Shown here piece by piece: positions 28,649 to 37,749 of a stretch of 47,252 bases of DNA. The position numbers were made by a program, and so were the translations under genes. Numbering within the stretch: position 1 is the stretch's first letter; each line of letters begins with the position of its first letter. The DNA is taken from positions 2,202 to 49,453 of the forward strand of contig CAYWHE010000002.1 in the NCBI GenBank assembly GCA_964458125.1. Reading direction: 5' to 3'. Source of the DNA: an uncultured Flavobacteriaceae bacterium (lineage in GTDB: Bacteria > Bacteroidota > Bacteroidia > AKYH767-A > OLB10). Below the pieces are notes generated by a model, which saw nothing but the letters and a program-made list of their open reading frames with translations, made no database searches and was not told the origin of the DNA.

Positions 28649-28718
28649 TTATGCACCCGAACGAAGGTCCGGGTGCATAAAATTCTAATCCCGGGCCGAA
28701 GTCTGGGATTCTTTTTTA
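28649..28718 (+). terminator. Tandem hairpins; the second is a good intrinsic terminator
   Basis: Hairpin 1 pairs TTATGCACCCG (28649-28659) with CGGGTGCATAA (28670-28680). Hairpin 2 pairs AATCCCGG (28687-28694) with CTGGGATT (28703-28710, one G-U pair) and is followed by C then T7 (28712-28718). Confidence 0.55.
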
Positions 28719-28729
28719 TATTTACTCCC

Positions 28730-28754
28730 GTCATTTGTCATTTTCAAAAATGAC
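28730..28754. promoter_or_regulatory. Candidate operator: GTCATTT x2 direct plus one inverted copy (8-bp-arm palindrome GTCATTTT-CA-AAAATGAC)
   Basis: GTCATTT occurs at 28730-28736 and 28737-28743, and AAATGAC at 28748-28754. The perfect palindrome spans 28737-28754, 48-72 nt upstream of the ccoI ATG. Confidence 0.25.
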
Positions 28755-28801
28755 CTTGATCATGTCGGGATTTTTCCTGTTCGTTTTTATTTGCATGTCG
28801 G

Positions 28802-31207
28802 ATGATAGAGGAAACCACGGAGCAGAAAATTGTTTGTTTTCATTGCGGTGAAGCCTGCATGGATCAGGATATCTGTATGGAGGACAAGCATTTTTGTTGC
28901 CTGGGTTGCAAAACCGTTTATGAAATTCTTTCCGGCAATAATCTTTGTGCCTATTATAATTATACCGATCATCCCGGCACTACCCAGAAGAAAAAAGTAC
29001 CTTCCCGGGTTTTTGAGGTGCTTGAAGATGAGAAAATAAGGCAGAAACTGATCTCTTTCACCAACGGCCGCCAGACCCATGTTACCTTCTTTATACCCGC
29101 CATGCATTGCAGTTCGTGCATCTGGCTGCTTGAACAGCTTTCCCGTCTGAATAAGGGCATCATCAGTTCCCGGGTCCATTTCATGAGGAAGGAAATGGAG
29201 ATCATTTTTAATGAGCGGGTCATTTCCCTTCGTCAGGTTGCAGAATTATTGCGTGCAGTTGGGTATGAGCCACACCTGAGTTTTCAGGATGCGGATGGGG
29301 TGAATCCGGTAAAAAAATCCAGTACGGAATTGTTTAAAATCGGAATTGCCGGGTTCTGTTTCGGAAACATCATGATGCTGAGTTTCCCTGAATATTTTTC
29401 CTCAGGAAAGATACAGGAGACAGACCTGAAACAATGGTTCTCCTGGCTGAACCTGGTCTTATCGCTTCCGGTCCTTTTCTATTGTTCCACCGGCTTCTTT
29501 GATTCTGCCTGGAAGGGACTGAAGCAAAGATTTTTAAACATCGATGCACCCATTGCCCTGGCCATACTGGTTATTTTTTCCTGGAGCGTTTACGCCATTC
29601 TGAGTCATTCGGGTCCTGGCTATCTGGATTCCATGTCGGGCATTGTTTTTTTTATGCTGCTGGGACGGTTTTTCCAGGACCGGACCTACGATGGCATTTC
29701 CTTCGAGCGTGATTACAAATCCTATTTTCCCATATCGGTTACCGCCCTGGAAGATGGAAAGGAATTGCAAAAGCCGGTTTCTGATATCCGCGCCGGAGCC
29801 CGTCTGCTGATTCATAACCAGGAAATCATCCCTGTTGATGCCATTCTGTTCCGCGGTAAAGCCCGTATTGATTACAGCTTTGTCACCGGGGAGTCGGAAC
29901 CGGTTGAGACGGGAATCGGGGAACTGATCTATGCCGGCGGCAGGCATTCGGGACAGCAGCTGGAAGTGGAAGTGATCCGGGAGGTTTCCCAGAGTTACCT
30001 GACCGGACTCTGGAACAGGGATACGTTTAAAGAAAACCGGGAAAAGCAGGAAAGCCCGTTCATTCATCATGTAAGCCGGTATTTTTCTTTGGTCGTTCTG
30101 GGCCTTTCGGTTGCGGCATGTATATTCTGGCTCTGGGCGGATCCATCGAAAGCTCTTTTGGCGCTGACCACTCCGCTCATCGTAGCCTGTCCCTGCGCCT
30201 TGTTGTTGTCTGCCACGTTCACCAATGGAAATATCCTGAGGATTTTCGGAAAAAATAAATTCTTTGTTAAAAATGCCGCCGTACTTGGAAGACTTGCTGA
30301 AATCAAAGCCGTGGTTTTTGACAAGACAGGCACGCTGACAATTCCTGATTCCAGGCAGGTTGTTTTTGAAGGAGAGCCCCTTCTTCGATCTGATATCCGG
30401 CTGATTCGAAGCATAGCGATACATACCGCTCATCCCTTCAGCAAGGCCATACGGGAATTATTTCCCGGGGATGATTTTGTAAAATTGGATGCCTTTGATG
30501 AATCCTCCGGCCAGGGCATTGAGGCCATGGCTGGGAAGGACCAGATACTGATAGGATCATCGCGGTTTTGCGGGGTGGACGGAAGCCGCGACGGCAGGTC
30601 TACCCGGATATATTACAGGCGAAACGGAACGGTTCGCGGATATTTTGCCGTCCGGAACCTGTACCGGACGGGTTTTGATGACATGCTCCACAATCTGTCG
30701 GGCCGTTTCAGGCTGGCTGTTTTGTCCGGGGATAAGGATTTTGAGAAGAATTTCCTCGCTTCCTTTATCCGGGATCCGCAGGATATGCTGTTCAATCAGA
30801 AGCCGGAAGACAAACTCGAAAGCATTCGTATGCTGAAAGCAAAGTATAATTCAGTGCTGATGGTGGGTGACGGGTTGAATGATGCCGGCGCCTTAAAGGA
30901 AAGCACGGTGGGCATTTCGGTTTCGGATCATAACAACAATTTTTCTCCTGCCTGTGATGCCATCCTGGATGGCGACAGGCTGATCCGGCTGCCCGGCATC
31001 CTGAAACTGGCACGTGCCGCCCGCCTGATTATTCTGGGTAGTTTTGCCCTCTCGCTCGTATATAACGCAGCGGGTTTGTTTTTTGCCCTGCAGGGCGAAC
31101 TGTCCCCGGTGATTGCAGCCATCCTCATGCCCCTGAGTTCCATATCCATCGTCCTCTTTACCACGCTTGCGGGCACTGGCATGGCCCGGAGTTATGGATT
31201 TAAATAA
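28802..31207 (+). CDS. ccoI: Heavy-metal (copper) translocating P1B-type ATPase, CcoI/FixI-like
   Basis: 801 aa. It has an N-terminal Cys-rich cation-ATPase metal-binding module (CFHCGEAC...CCLGCKTVYE). The P-type motifs are present: VTGESEPV, the CPC transmembrane motif (IVACPCALLLS), DKTGTLT and VGDGLNDAGAL. It sits directly upstream of ccoS-ccoNO. Confidence 0.9.
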   Translation: MIEETTEQKIVCFHCGEACMDQDICMEDKHFCCLGCKTVYEILSGNNLCAYYNYTDHPGTTQKKKVPSRVFEVLEDEKIRQKLISFTNGRQTHVTFFIPAMHCSSCIWLLEQLSRLNKGIISSRVHFMRKEMEIIFNERVISLRQVAELLRAVGYEPHLSFQDADGVNPVKKSSTELFKIGIAGFCFGNIMMLSFPEYFSSGKIQETDLKQWFSWLNLVLSLPVLFYCSTGFFDSAWKGLKQRFLNIDAPIALAILVIFSWSVYAILSHSGPGYLDSMSGIVFFMLLGRFFQDRTYDGISFERDYKSYFPISVTALEDGKELQKPVSDIRAGARLLIHNQEIIPVDAILFRGKARIDYSFVTGESEPVETGIGELIYAGGRHSGQQLEVEVIREVSQSYLTGLWNRDTFKENREKQESPFIHHVSRYFSLVVLGLSVAACIFWLWADPSKALLALTTPLIVACPCALLLSATFTNGNILRIFGKNKFFVKNAAVLGRLAEIKAVVFDKTGTLTIPDSRQVVFEGEPLLRSDIRLIRSIAIHTAHPFSKAIRELFPGDDFVKLDAFDESSGQGIEAMAGKDQILIGSSRFCGVDGSRDGRSTRIYYRRNGTVRGYFAVRNLYRTGFDDMLHNLSGRFRLAVLSGDKDFEKNFLASFIRDPQDMLFNQKPEDKLESIRMLKAKYNSVLMVGDGLNDAGALKESTVGISVSDHNNNFSPACDAILDGDRLIRLPGILKLARAARLIILGSFALSLVYNAAGLFFALQGELSPVIAAILMPLSSISIVLFTTLAGTGMARSYGFK

Positions 31208-31241
31208 TCAAATCCCTCAGCAATAGTTACCCTGCAGAACA

Positions 31242-31253
31242 TGATAAAAATCA
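31242..31253. promoter_or_regulatory. FNR/FixK-like box candidate (aTGAT-AAAA-ATCAg vs TTGAT-N4-ATCAA)
   Basis: A TGAT-N4-ATCA palindrome lies in the 109-bp ccoI-ccoS spacer, about 50 nt upstream of the -7 box. cbb3 operons are classically FNR/Anr/FixK-controlled in Proteobacteria, but this is unproven for this lineage. Confidence 0.3.
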
Positions 31254-31298
31254 GTTAAATTGAAATCAGTGATCATAATGCTTTTTACATCACTAAAA

Positions 31299-31306
31299 TA
31301 GCTTTG
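31299..31306 (+). promoter_or_regulatory. Candidate -7 promoter box TAGCTTTG (TAnnTTTG) for ccoS-ccoNO...
   Basis: Perfect consensus match ending 10 nt before the ccoS ATG (31317), which implies a very short leader. Confidence 0.4.
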
Positions 31307-31316
31307 CAACAATAAA

Positions 31317-31514
31317 ATGAGTGTGATCATACTGTTAACCGCTGTCAGTCTGTTTGTTGCAGGCGGGTTTCTCCTGTCCTTTATCTGGTCGGTGAAATCG
31401 GGTCAGTATGAAGATGTCTATACGCCTTCGGTCCGGATCATTCTGGATCAGGAACCGGATAAGGTCCTGGAGGAGGAAACGGAAATAAAATCAGCCAATC
31501 AAACAACCAATTAA
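31317..31514 (+). CDS. ccoS: cbb3-type cytochrome oxidase assembly protein CcoS/FixS
   Basis: 65 aa with a single TM helix. MSVIILLTAVSLFVAGGFLLSFIWSVKSGQYEDVYTPSVRIILD is the typical CcoS sequence pattern. Its position between ccoI and ccoN fits. Confidence 0.9.
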   Translation: MSVIILLTAVSLFVAGGFLLSFIWSVKSGQYEDVYTPSVRIILDQEPDKVLEEETEIKSANQTTN

Positions 31515-31523
31515 TACTGCATT

Positions 31524-33641
31524 ATGGAAATAGAAAAATTCTCCTACGATAACAAGATCGTGCGCAATTTCGCCTACGCCACCATGTTATGGGGCCTGGT
31601 TGGCATGCTCGTTGGTTTATGGGTGGCCCTGCAACTGGCCTTTCCGGCGTTAAACTTCGGAATTTCGTTCACCACCTTCGGCCGCCTCCGGCCGCTTCAT
31701 ACAAATGCCGTTATTTTTGCATTTGTAGGGAACGGCATATTCATGGGCGTTTATTATTCCCTGCAGCGACTATGCAAGGCACGGATGTTCAGTGATTTTT
31801 TGAGCCGTCTTCATTTCTGGGGATGGCAGCTGATTATCGTTTCGGCAGCAGCCACCCTGCCTTTCGGATTCACTACGGGTAAGGAGTATGCCGAACTGGA
31901 GTGGCCCATTGATATAGCCATAGCGCTGATCTGGGTTATTTTCGGCATCAACATGTTTGGCACCATCATCAAGCGAAGGGAACGGCATATTTATGTGGCC
32001 ATCTGGTTTTACATCGCCACGCTTGTTACGGTGGCCGTGCTGCACATTGTGAATTCCTTCGAGCTGCCAATTTCCTTCCTGAAGAGTTATTCCTTATATG
32101 CCGGAGTCCAGGATGCCCTGGTGCAATGGTGGTACGGACACAATGCCGTGGCTTTTTTCCTGACCACGCCCTACCTCGGCCTGATGTATTATTTTCTTCC
32201 CAAGGCCGCGAACCGCCCGGTTTATTCATACAAATTATCCATTGTTCACTTCTGGGCCCTGATATTTCTTTATATCTGGGCCGGACCTCACCATTTACTG
32301 TATACGGCTTTGCCGGACTGGGCCCAGTCTCTTGGCGTGGCCTTCTCCATCATGCTGATCGCTCCTTCCTGGGGCGGTATGGTGAACGGCCTGCTTACCC
32401 TTCGTGGCGCCTGGGATAAGGTGCGGGAAGATGTCGTGCTGAAATTCATGGTGGTGGCCGTCACCGCGTACGGAATGGCCACCTTTGAAGGCCCCATGCT
32501 TTCGCTGAAAAATGTCAATGCCATAGCGCATTTCACCGACTGGATCGTTGCCCACGTGCATGTCGGGGCTTTGGGATGGAACGGTTTCCTGACGTTTGGG
32601 ATCCTATACTGGCTCATACCCCTCATGTTCCGGACACAGCTGTATTCAAAAAAGCTCGCCAATTTTCATTTCTGGATCGGCACCCTGGGCATCTTATTTT
32701 ATGCCATACCCATGTACTGGGCTGGTTTTATGCAAAGCCTGATGTGGAAACAGTTTACCGAGGAAGGCATGCTCAAATACCAGTTCCTGGAAACCGTTAC
32801 CCGGATCATGCCGATGTACCTGATGCGTTCCCTGGGCGGAACCCTCTACCTGATCGGGGTGATTGCCATGACGTATAACCTGATCGTTACTATACGTCAG
32901 GGTTCATTTCTGGATAATGAGGAAGCCGAAGCCGCACCGCTGGCCGCTTATGTGAAGCCCAAAGGCGATTACTGGCACCGTGCGCTGGAACGCAAACCCG
33001 TTCAGTTTATGATTTTGAGCCTGGTCGTTATTCTCATCGGCGGTATCGTTGAACTCGTTCCGACCTTCCTGATCAAATCCAACATTCCCACCATCTCCAG
33101 TGTCCGGCCCTACACACCACTGGAATTGCAGGGCCGTGATATTTATATCCGGGAAGGTTGCTATACCTGTCACTCTCAGATGGTACGGCCGTTCAGGAGC
33201 GAGACGGTCCGTTACGGGGAATATTCCAAAGCCGGGGAATACGTTTATGATCATCCCTTCCAATGGGGTTCCAAGCGCACCGGACCGGATCTGATGCGGG
33301 TGGGCGGAAAGTACCCGGATTCCTGGCATTTCAACCACATGCTGGATCCCACTTCCATGTCATCCGGTTCCATCATGCCTTCCTATCCCTGGTTGTTCGA
33401 TAACGTTCTGGACATCTCCAGCACCGAAGCGAAAATCACCGCCATGCGGCAACTGGGTGTGCCTTATAAAGAGGGCTATGAGCAAAATGCAAACCGGGAT
33501 CTGAAAATACAGGCCCAGGTAATAACTGATAATTTGTCGAGGGATAAAATTAAAATCATGAGCGACAGGGAAATCATAGCCCTTATCGCTTACCTGCAAC
33601 GGCTTGGTACTGACATAAAAATTAAAACCGCTCGACAATGA
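31524..33641 (+). CDS. ccoNO: cbb3-type cytochrome c oxidase, fused subunits I and II (CcoN-CcoO)
   Basis: 705 aa. The N-terminal ~470 aa form a multi-TM haem-copper subunit I (YDNKIVRNF..., WAGPHHLLY, HFTDWIVAHVHVGALGWNG). After an extra TM helix comes a mono-haem CcoO-like domain (GRDIYIREGCYTCHSQMVRPF...GPDL.RVGGKY). Confidence 0.95.
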   Translation: MEIEKFSYDNKIVRNFAYATMLWGLVGMLVGLWVALQLAFPALNFGISFTTFGRLRPLHTNAVIFAFVGNGIFMGVYYSLQRLCKARMFSDFLSRLHFWGWQLIIVSAAATLPFGFTTGKEYAELEWPIDIAIALIWVIFGINMFGTIIKRRERHIYVAIWFYIATLVTVAVLHIVNSFELPISFLKSYSLYAGVQDALVQWWYGHNAVAFFLTTPYLGLMYYFLPKAANRPVYSYKLSIVHFWALIFLYIWAGPHHLLYTALPDWAQSLGVAFSIMLIAPSWGGMVNGLLTLRGAWDKVREDVVLKFMVVAVTAYGMATFEGPMLSLKNVNAIAHFTDWIVAHVHVGALGWNGFLTFGILYWLIPLMFRTQLYSKKLANFHFWIGTLGILFYAIPMYWAGFMQSLMWKQFTEEGMLKYQFLETVTRIMPMYLMRSLGGTLYLIGVIAMTYNLIVTIRQGSFLDNEEAEAAPLAAYVKPKGDYWHRALERKPVQFMILSLVVILIGGIVELVPTFLIKSNIPTISSVRPYTPLELQGRDIYIREGCYTCHSQMVRPFRSETVRYGEYSKAGEYVYDHPFQWGSKRTGPDLMRVGGKYPDSWHFNHMLDPTSMSSGSIMPSYPWLFDNVLDISSTEAKITAMRQLGVPYKEGYEQNANRDLKIQAQVITDNLSRDKIKIMSDREIIALIAYLQRLGTDIKIKTARQ

Positions 33642-33692
33642 GGAGCCTGCCGTTTCGAATCTGAATCCTTAACCTGATAAAGAAATAAAATA

Positions 33693-33890
33693 ATGAAATT
33701 TCAAAGCTATCTCGAAACCATCGCCGGCATCGAAATCTACCCGATGATATCGCTGATCATATTTGTTGTATTTTTTTGCCTGCTGTCTGTTCGCGTGGTG
33801 CGAATGAAGAAGGAAGAGATCAGTATTCTTGAAAACCTCCCGCTTGCCGATGGAACAAAACTTTCCGGAACCGATCAGTCTGCATTATAA
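33693..33890 (+). CDS. ccoQ: CcoQ/FixQ-like small subunit of cbb3 oxidase
   Basis: 65 aa with one TM helix (YPMISLIIFVVFFCLLSV) followed by a basic stretch. It sits between ccoNO and ccoP. The sequence is weakly conserved, so the call rests mainly on size, topology and position. Confidence 0.7.
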   Translation: MKFQSYLETIAGIEIYPMISLIIFVVFFCLLSVRVVRMKKEEISILENLPLADGTKLSGTDQSAL

Positions 33891-33909
33891 TCGAATAAAA
33901 AAACTAGAT

Positions 33910-35088
33910 ATGAAAAACTCAGGCATAAAACTGCGTAGCATAAGTGGAAAAAGGATAGTCTTGTTTTTTTTCCTGCTGATTCCTTCCCTGCTGTATGCTG
34001 CTGAAGGAACACCTGCCGGTCAGGGCGATTCGATTTTTATCCAACCCTTATTTCTGTTCCTGGGGGCCATGGTGCTGATATTTCTGGTGTTCATCATCAC
34101 ACTGGGAAAAATGCTGACCCGGTTAAGCGACTATTATTCCAGGAACAAGGACAAGATGATGCGTGCGATCACCTTGCTGTTCGTTTTTTTCACGGCCTTC
34201 CACCCTGCCGGATCGAACTGCCGGGCGGCAGGCATTTTCCCGTTGCCGGAGTCCTATTCCGGTGTTCCGGCCGGTGTTGTTTATCTGCTGCTGCTGGTGC
34301 TGCTCCTGGAAACGGTAATCATCTTTACCTTATTCAGCATCTTCAACCGTTTTCTTTATAAAAAAGCCGTTACAGGTCAAGCCTCCGGGCTGGTTAAAAA
34401 ACCCCGCGGGGTCTGGCAGCGGATTTTTGGAGGCGCTCCTGTTGAAACGGATGAGGAGAAAATGACTGATCACGTTTATGATGGTATCCGCGAGCTGGAT
34501 AACGGCATGCCGCCCTGGCTTCAGTATATGTTTCTCGTAACGGTTATCTTTGCCGTATTCTATTTGCTGAATTATCATGTCTGGAAAAGCAGCCCGCTGC
34601 AACTGGCCGAATACAATAAGGAGTTGTCCGATGCAAAAGCGCAACTGCTGGAATTTCAGAAAAAATCGGCTAACCTGGTGGACGAATCAAACGTGGTTCG
34701 GTTGACCGATGCCGCTGCCCTGAAGGAAGGGATGGTTATTTTTAATACCAACTGCACGGCCTGCCACGGATTAAATGGAGAAGGTACGGTTGGTCCTAAC
34801 CTGACGGACCAGTTCTGGATTCACGGAGGTGCTATGCGGGATATTTTTAAAACCATTAAATACGGGGTCGTTGAAAAGGGAATGAAATCCTGGCAGTCCG
34901 ATCTTTCACCCCGTCAGATGCAACTGGTGGCCAGTTACATTAAAACGCTGGCCGGGACAAATCCGCCCAATGCAAAAGAAAAACAGGGCGACTTTTACAA
35001 TGAAAATGCAAGCCAGGCAAAAGATACCGCTGCTCCAGGTGCCATCAAACCGCCTGCGGATTCGCTGTTGACGGCGGGCAAAAATTAA
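33910..35088 (+). CDS. ccoP: cbb3-type cytochrome c oxidase subunit III (CcoP), mono-haem form with long N-terminal membrane extension
   Basis: I chose ATG 33910 because the track ORF from 33829 would overlap ccoQ. The FixP N-terminal motif DHVYDGIRELDNGMPPWLQYMF is present. There is a single CxxCH (NCTACHG) in a C-terminal cytochrome c domain. Confidence 0.85.
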   Translation: MKNSGIKLRSISGKRIVLFFFLLIPSLLYAAEGTPAGQGDSIFIQPLFLFLGAMVLIFLVFIITLGKMLTRLSDYYSRNKDKMMRAITLLFVFFTAFHPAGSNCRAAGIFPLPESYSGVPAGVVYLLLLVLLLETVIIFTLFSIFNRFLYKKAVTGQASGLVKKPRGVWQRIFGGAPVETDEEKMTDHVYDGIRELDNGMPPWLQYMFLVTVIFAVFYLLNYHVWKSSPLQLAEYNKELSDAKAQLLEFQKKSANLVDESNVVRLTDAAALKEGMVIFNTNCTACHGLNGEGTVGPNLTDQFWIHGGAMRDIFKTIKYGVVEKGMKSWQSDLSPRQMQLVASYIKTLAGTNPPNAKEKQGDFYNENASQAKDTAAPGAIKPPADSLLTAGKN

Positions 35089-36489
35089 ATGAAACACCTT
35101 CAGGAAACGGACAGGGAATCGTTTCGCGACCGCATGGTCACGGTCGATGAACAGGGTAAGCGCAAGTGGATTTACCCGGTCAGGCCCAAAGGCAGGTTTT
35201 ATCGGTGGAGAACCTGGGTCAGTTACATCTTCCTGTTGTTATTTTTTTTGCTTCCCTTTATCAAAATAAACGGTAATCCGCTTTTTATGATCCAGGTCCT
35301 GGAACGAAAATTTATTCTTTTCAGCGTGGTTTTCTGGCCGCAGGATTTCTTCCTGTTTATGCTGGGCATGCTCACCTTCATTGTTTTTATTGTGGTGTTC
35401 ACGGTCATCTTCGGCCGGGTGTTTTGCGGCTGGGTATGCCCGCAAACCATTTTTATGGAAATGGTGTTCCGGAAAATTGAATACTGGATCGAAGGGGACG
35501 CTCATCAGCAACGCCTGATATCGGCCGGGTTATCCGAAACCAAAAACCTGCTGAAGCGTACCGGTAAACTGATCGTTTTTTTCCTGGTTTCCTTCCTTAT
35601 CGCCAATACCTTCCTGGCCTATATCATTGGAGTGGATGAACTCATGACCATCGCCACCGGCAGTATTTCAAATCATCTTGGCGGATTGATTGCCATCCTG
35701 ATCTTCACCACGGTTTTTTTCCTGGTATATGCCTTTGTGCGGGAACAGGTCTGCTGTATCGTTTGCCCCTACGGCCGCCTCCAGGGTGTGCTGCTGGACC
35801 GGAATTCCATGGTGGTGGCGTATGATTATAAAAGAGGGGAACCCAGGGAAAAAATTCATAAACAGGAAACCCGTACCCAGGGGGACTGCATCGACTGCGG
35901 ATTATGTGTCCGCGTTTGCCCGACCGGAATCGATATCCGGAACGGTACCCAACTGGAATGCATCAATTGTACGGCCTGCATGGATGCCTGTGATGGTATC
36001 ATGGACCAGGTGGGATTTAAGAAAGGACTGATCCGGTATGCTTCTGAAAATAACATCGACCGTCACGAGAAGCTGCATTTTACCGCCCGTATGAAAGGAT
36101 ACTCATTTGTATTATTTTTGCTGATTGGCATTCTGGTTTCTCTGCTGGCCACCCGTACCGATCTGGACACGACCATTTTGCGGGCACAGGGTCAATTATT
36201 CCAGGAACAGGAGGGAGGGAAAATTAGCAACCTGTATAACATTGAACTGATCAACAAAACACATGAGGATATTCCCGTCACCCTGAAACTTGAAAATATG
36301 GATGGAGAAATTAAAATGATCGGAAAAGATATCCGGGTAAAAGCAGAGTCGGAGGCGCGAAGCGCTTTTTTTGTGATCCGTGAAAATGGTAATATCAGGG
36401 AGCAAAAGACGAAATTCAGAGTAGGCATATATGAAAACGGAATTCGTATTGGAACTGCAAAATCAACATTTTTCGGACCCTTTAATTGA
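35089..36489 (+). CDS. ccoG: Cytochrome c oxidase accessory protein CcoG/FixG (4Fe-4S ferredoxin-type)
   Basis: 466 aa with an ATG immediately after the ccoP stop. It has N-terminal TM helices, two ferredoxin Cys clusters (CIDCGLCVRVCPTG, CINCTACMDACD) and a beta-sandwich C-terminus. Confidence 0.9.
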   Translation: MKHLQETDRESFRDRMVTVDEQGKRKWIYPVRPKGRFYRWRTWVSYIFLLLFFLLPFIKINGNPLFMIQVLERKFILFSVVFWPQDFFLFMLGMLTFIVFIVVFTVIFGRVFCGWVCPQTIFMEMVFRKIEYWIEGDAHQQRLISAGLSETKNLLKRTGKLIVFFLVSFLIANTFLAYIIGVDELMTIATGSISNHLGGLIAILIFTTVFFLVYAFVREQVCCIVCPYGRLQGVLLDRNSMVVAYDYKRGEPREKIHKQETRTQGDCIDCGLCVRVCPTGIDIRNGTQLECINCTACMDACDGIMDQVGFKKGLIRYASENNIDRHEKLHFTARMKGYSFVLFLLIGILVSLLATRTDLDTTILRAQGQLFQEQEGGKISNLYNIELINKTHEDIPVTLKLENMDGEIKMIGKDIRVKAESEARSAFFVIRENGNIREQKTKFRVGIYENGIRIGTAKSTFFGPFN

Positions 36490-36497
36490 CGGAACCG

Positions 36498-36935
36498 ATG
36501 AACTGGGGATATAAAATATTATTTCTTTACATAGGCTTCCTGATCTTTGTGCTGACGATGGTCTACCTGTCCATAAACCAGCAGGTGGACCTGGTGGCTC
36601 CGGATTATTACGACAGGGAAATCGCTTTCCAGAAACAGATCGATGCCGGAAAAAACAGCGTGGATGCTCAGGCAGGATGGCAACTGGAAGTGGATGCAAG
36701 CCGCGTCAGACTACGGTATTCCAAACCGGCTGATGCCGCACGCCTGAACGGCACAGTGCTCTTTTTCAGGTCCAGTGATGCCGCTCAGGACCGCAGGGAG
36801 AAACTGCAAACGGCCCCCGATGGAAGCCAGTCATTTGATGTAACCTCCATGAAAAAAGGCGCCTATAAGGTGGTGCTGGAGTGGCAGGTGGACGGCAAAG
36901 CCTATTACGAAGAAAAGAGCATATTTATTCCCTGA
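36498..36935 (+). CDS. FixH-family protein
   Basis: One N-terminal TM helix (YKILFLYIGFLIFVLTMVYL) followed by DLVAPDYYDREIAFQKQID and a beta-rich domain. It sits after ccoG. The start is either ATG 36498 or the TTG at 36486 used by the ORF track, which overlaps the ccoG stop. Confidence 0.8.
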   Translation: MNWGYKILFLYIGFLIFVLTMVYLSINQQVDLVAPDYYDREIAFQKQIDAGKNSVDAQAGWQLEVDASRVRLRYSKPADAARLNGTVLFFRSSDAAQDRREKLQTAPDGSQSFDVTSMKKGAYKVVLEWQVDGKAYYEEKSIFIP

Positions 36936-37630
36936 TGTGGATTACGGCAATATCGGCACTGTTACTCGGACTTGCAGGCAACCTGCATTGCCTCGGCATG
37001 TGTGGTCCCATTGCCATGGCCCTGCCCGTGCATAATCGCGGAACGCTCTACAAATTTTCCGGATTGACCGGTTATAACGCCGGGCGTCTGGTAACATATT
37101 CCATTTTGGGATTGTTGTTCGGCCTTTTTGGAAGGGGATTGGCCATGGCCGGTTTGCAGCGTTACCTGTCCGTGATTTCCGGCATCATCATGATGCTCAT
37201 CCTGTTGTTGCCGGGAATGATCAACCGGTTCCAGTTTCATTCCTGGCTTGGGAAGATAAAGGGTGCCATGCATTTTTTTCTCCATCGAAAAAGCATTCCG
37301 GCTCTTTTTACCCTTGGCCTGGTCAATGGTTTGTTGCCCTGCGGACTTGTTTACATTGCACTGACGGCTTCGCTGGCCACGGGCAATGCCTATACCGGCG
37401 CCTTGTTTATGGCCCTGTTCGGCCTGGCCACCATGCCCGGCATGTTTACCGTTGGATATGTATCAGGGGTCTTAAAGGAAAAAAACAAACGGAGTTTCAG
37501 GCTGGCTTCTCCGGTGTTCACGGTTATCGTGGCGCTTGTACTGATCCTGAGAGGACTTAATCTCGGCATACCATACCTCAGTCCGAAAATCAGTACACCT
37601 TATGAAAAGGCCTCCTGCTGCCACCGGTGA
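36935..37630 (+). CDS. TauE/SafE (DsbD_2-like) family membrane protein commonly ending Bacteroidota cbb3 clusters
   Basis: ATG 36935 overlaps the FixH stop (TGATG), while the track start at 36881 would overlap FixH by 55 nt. It has about 6 TM helices and the motif NLHCLGMCGPIAMALP. Confidence 0.8.
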   Translation: MWITAISALLLGLAGNLHCLGMCGPIAMALPVHNRGTLYKFSGLTGYNAGRLVTYSILGLLFGLFGRGLAMAGLQRYLSVISGIIMMLILLLPGMINRFQFHSWLGKIKGAMHFFLHRKSIPALFTLGLVNGLLPCGLVYIALTASLATGNAYTGALFMALFGLATMPGMFTVGYVSGVLKEKNKRSFRLASPVFTVIVALVLILRGLNLGIPYLSPKISTPYEKASCCHR

Positions 37631-37749
37631 TTAGCCGGTGATGGTATGTGTCTAAAAGGTTGATGGAGATTTTTTAATAGGGAACCGGCCAGGATTTTTT
37701 TAAAAATTTGCAGGTTACCAAAAAACAACTACCTTGTGTTTGATTTACG

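Noticed and set aside
29534-30433. Long antisense ORFs inside well-supported genes (29534-30433 in ccoI; 43233-44078; 45244-46119 and 46483-47121 in the HD gene; 32288-32662 in ccoNO)
   Set aside because: The opposite-strand genes carry unmistakable family motifs across their full length. The antisense translations are Arg/Gly/Pro-rich with no recognisable features.
33829-33909. ORF-track starts that extend CDSs upstream (33829 for ccoP, 36881 for the TauE-like gene, 37734 for the lipoprotein, 48 for the first gene)
   Set aside because: The extensions overlap the preceding gene or use TTG/GTG codons and add no plausible signal sequence. Downstream ATGs (33910, 36935, 37800) give proper N-termini. 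The first gene is open to the window edge, so its start is upstream.
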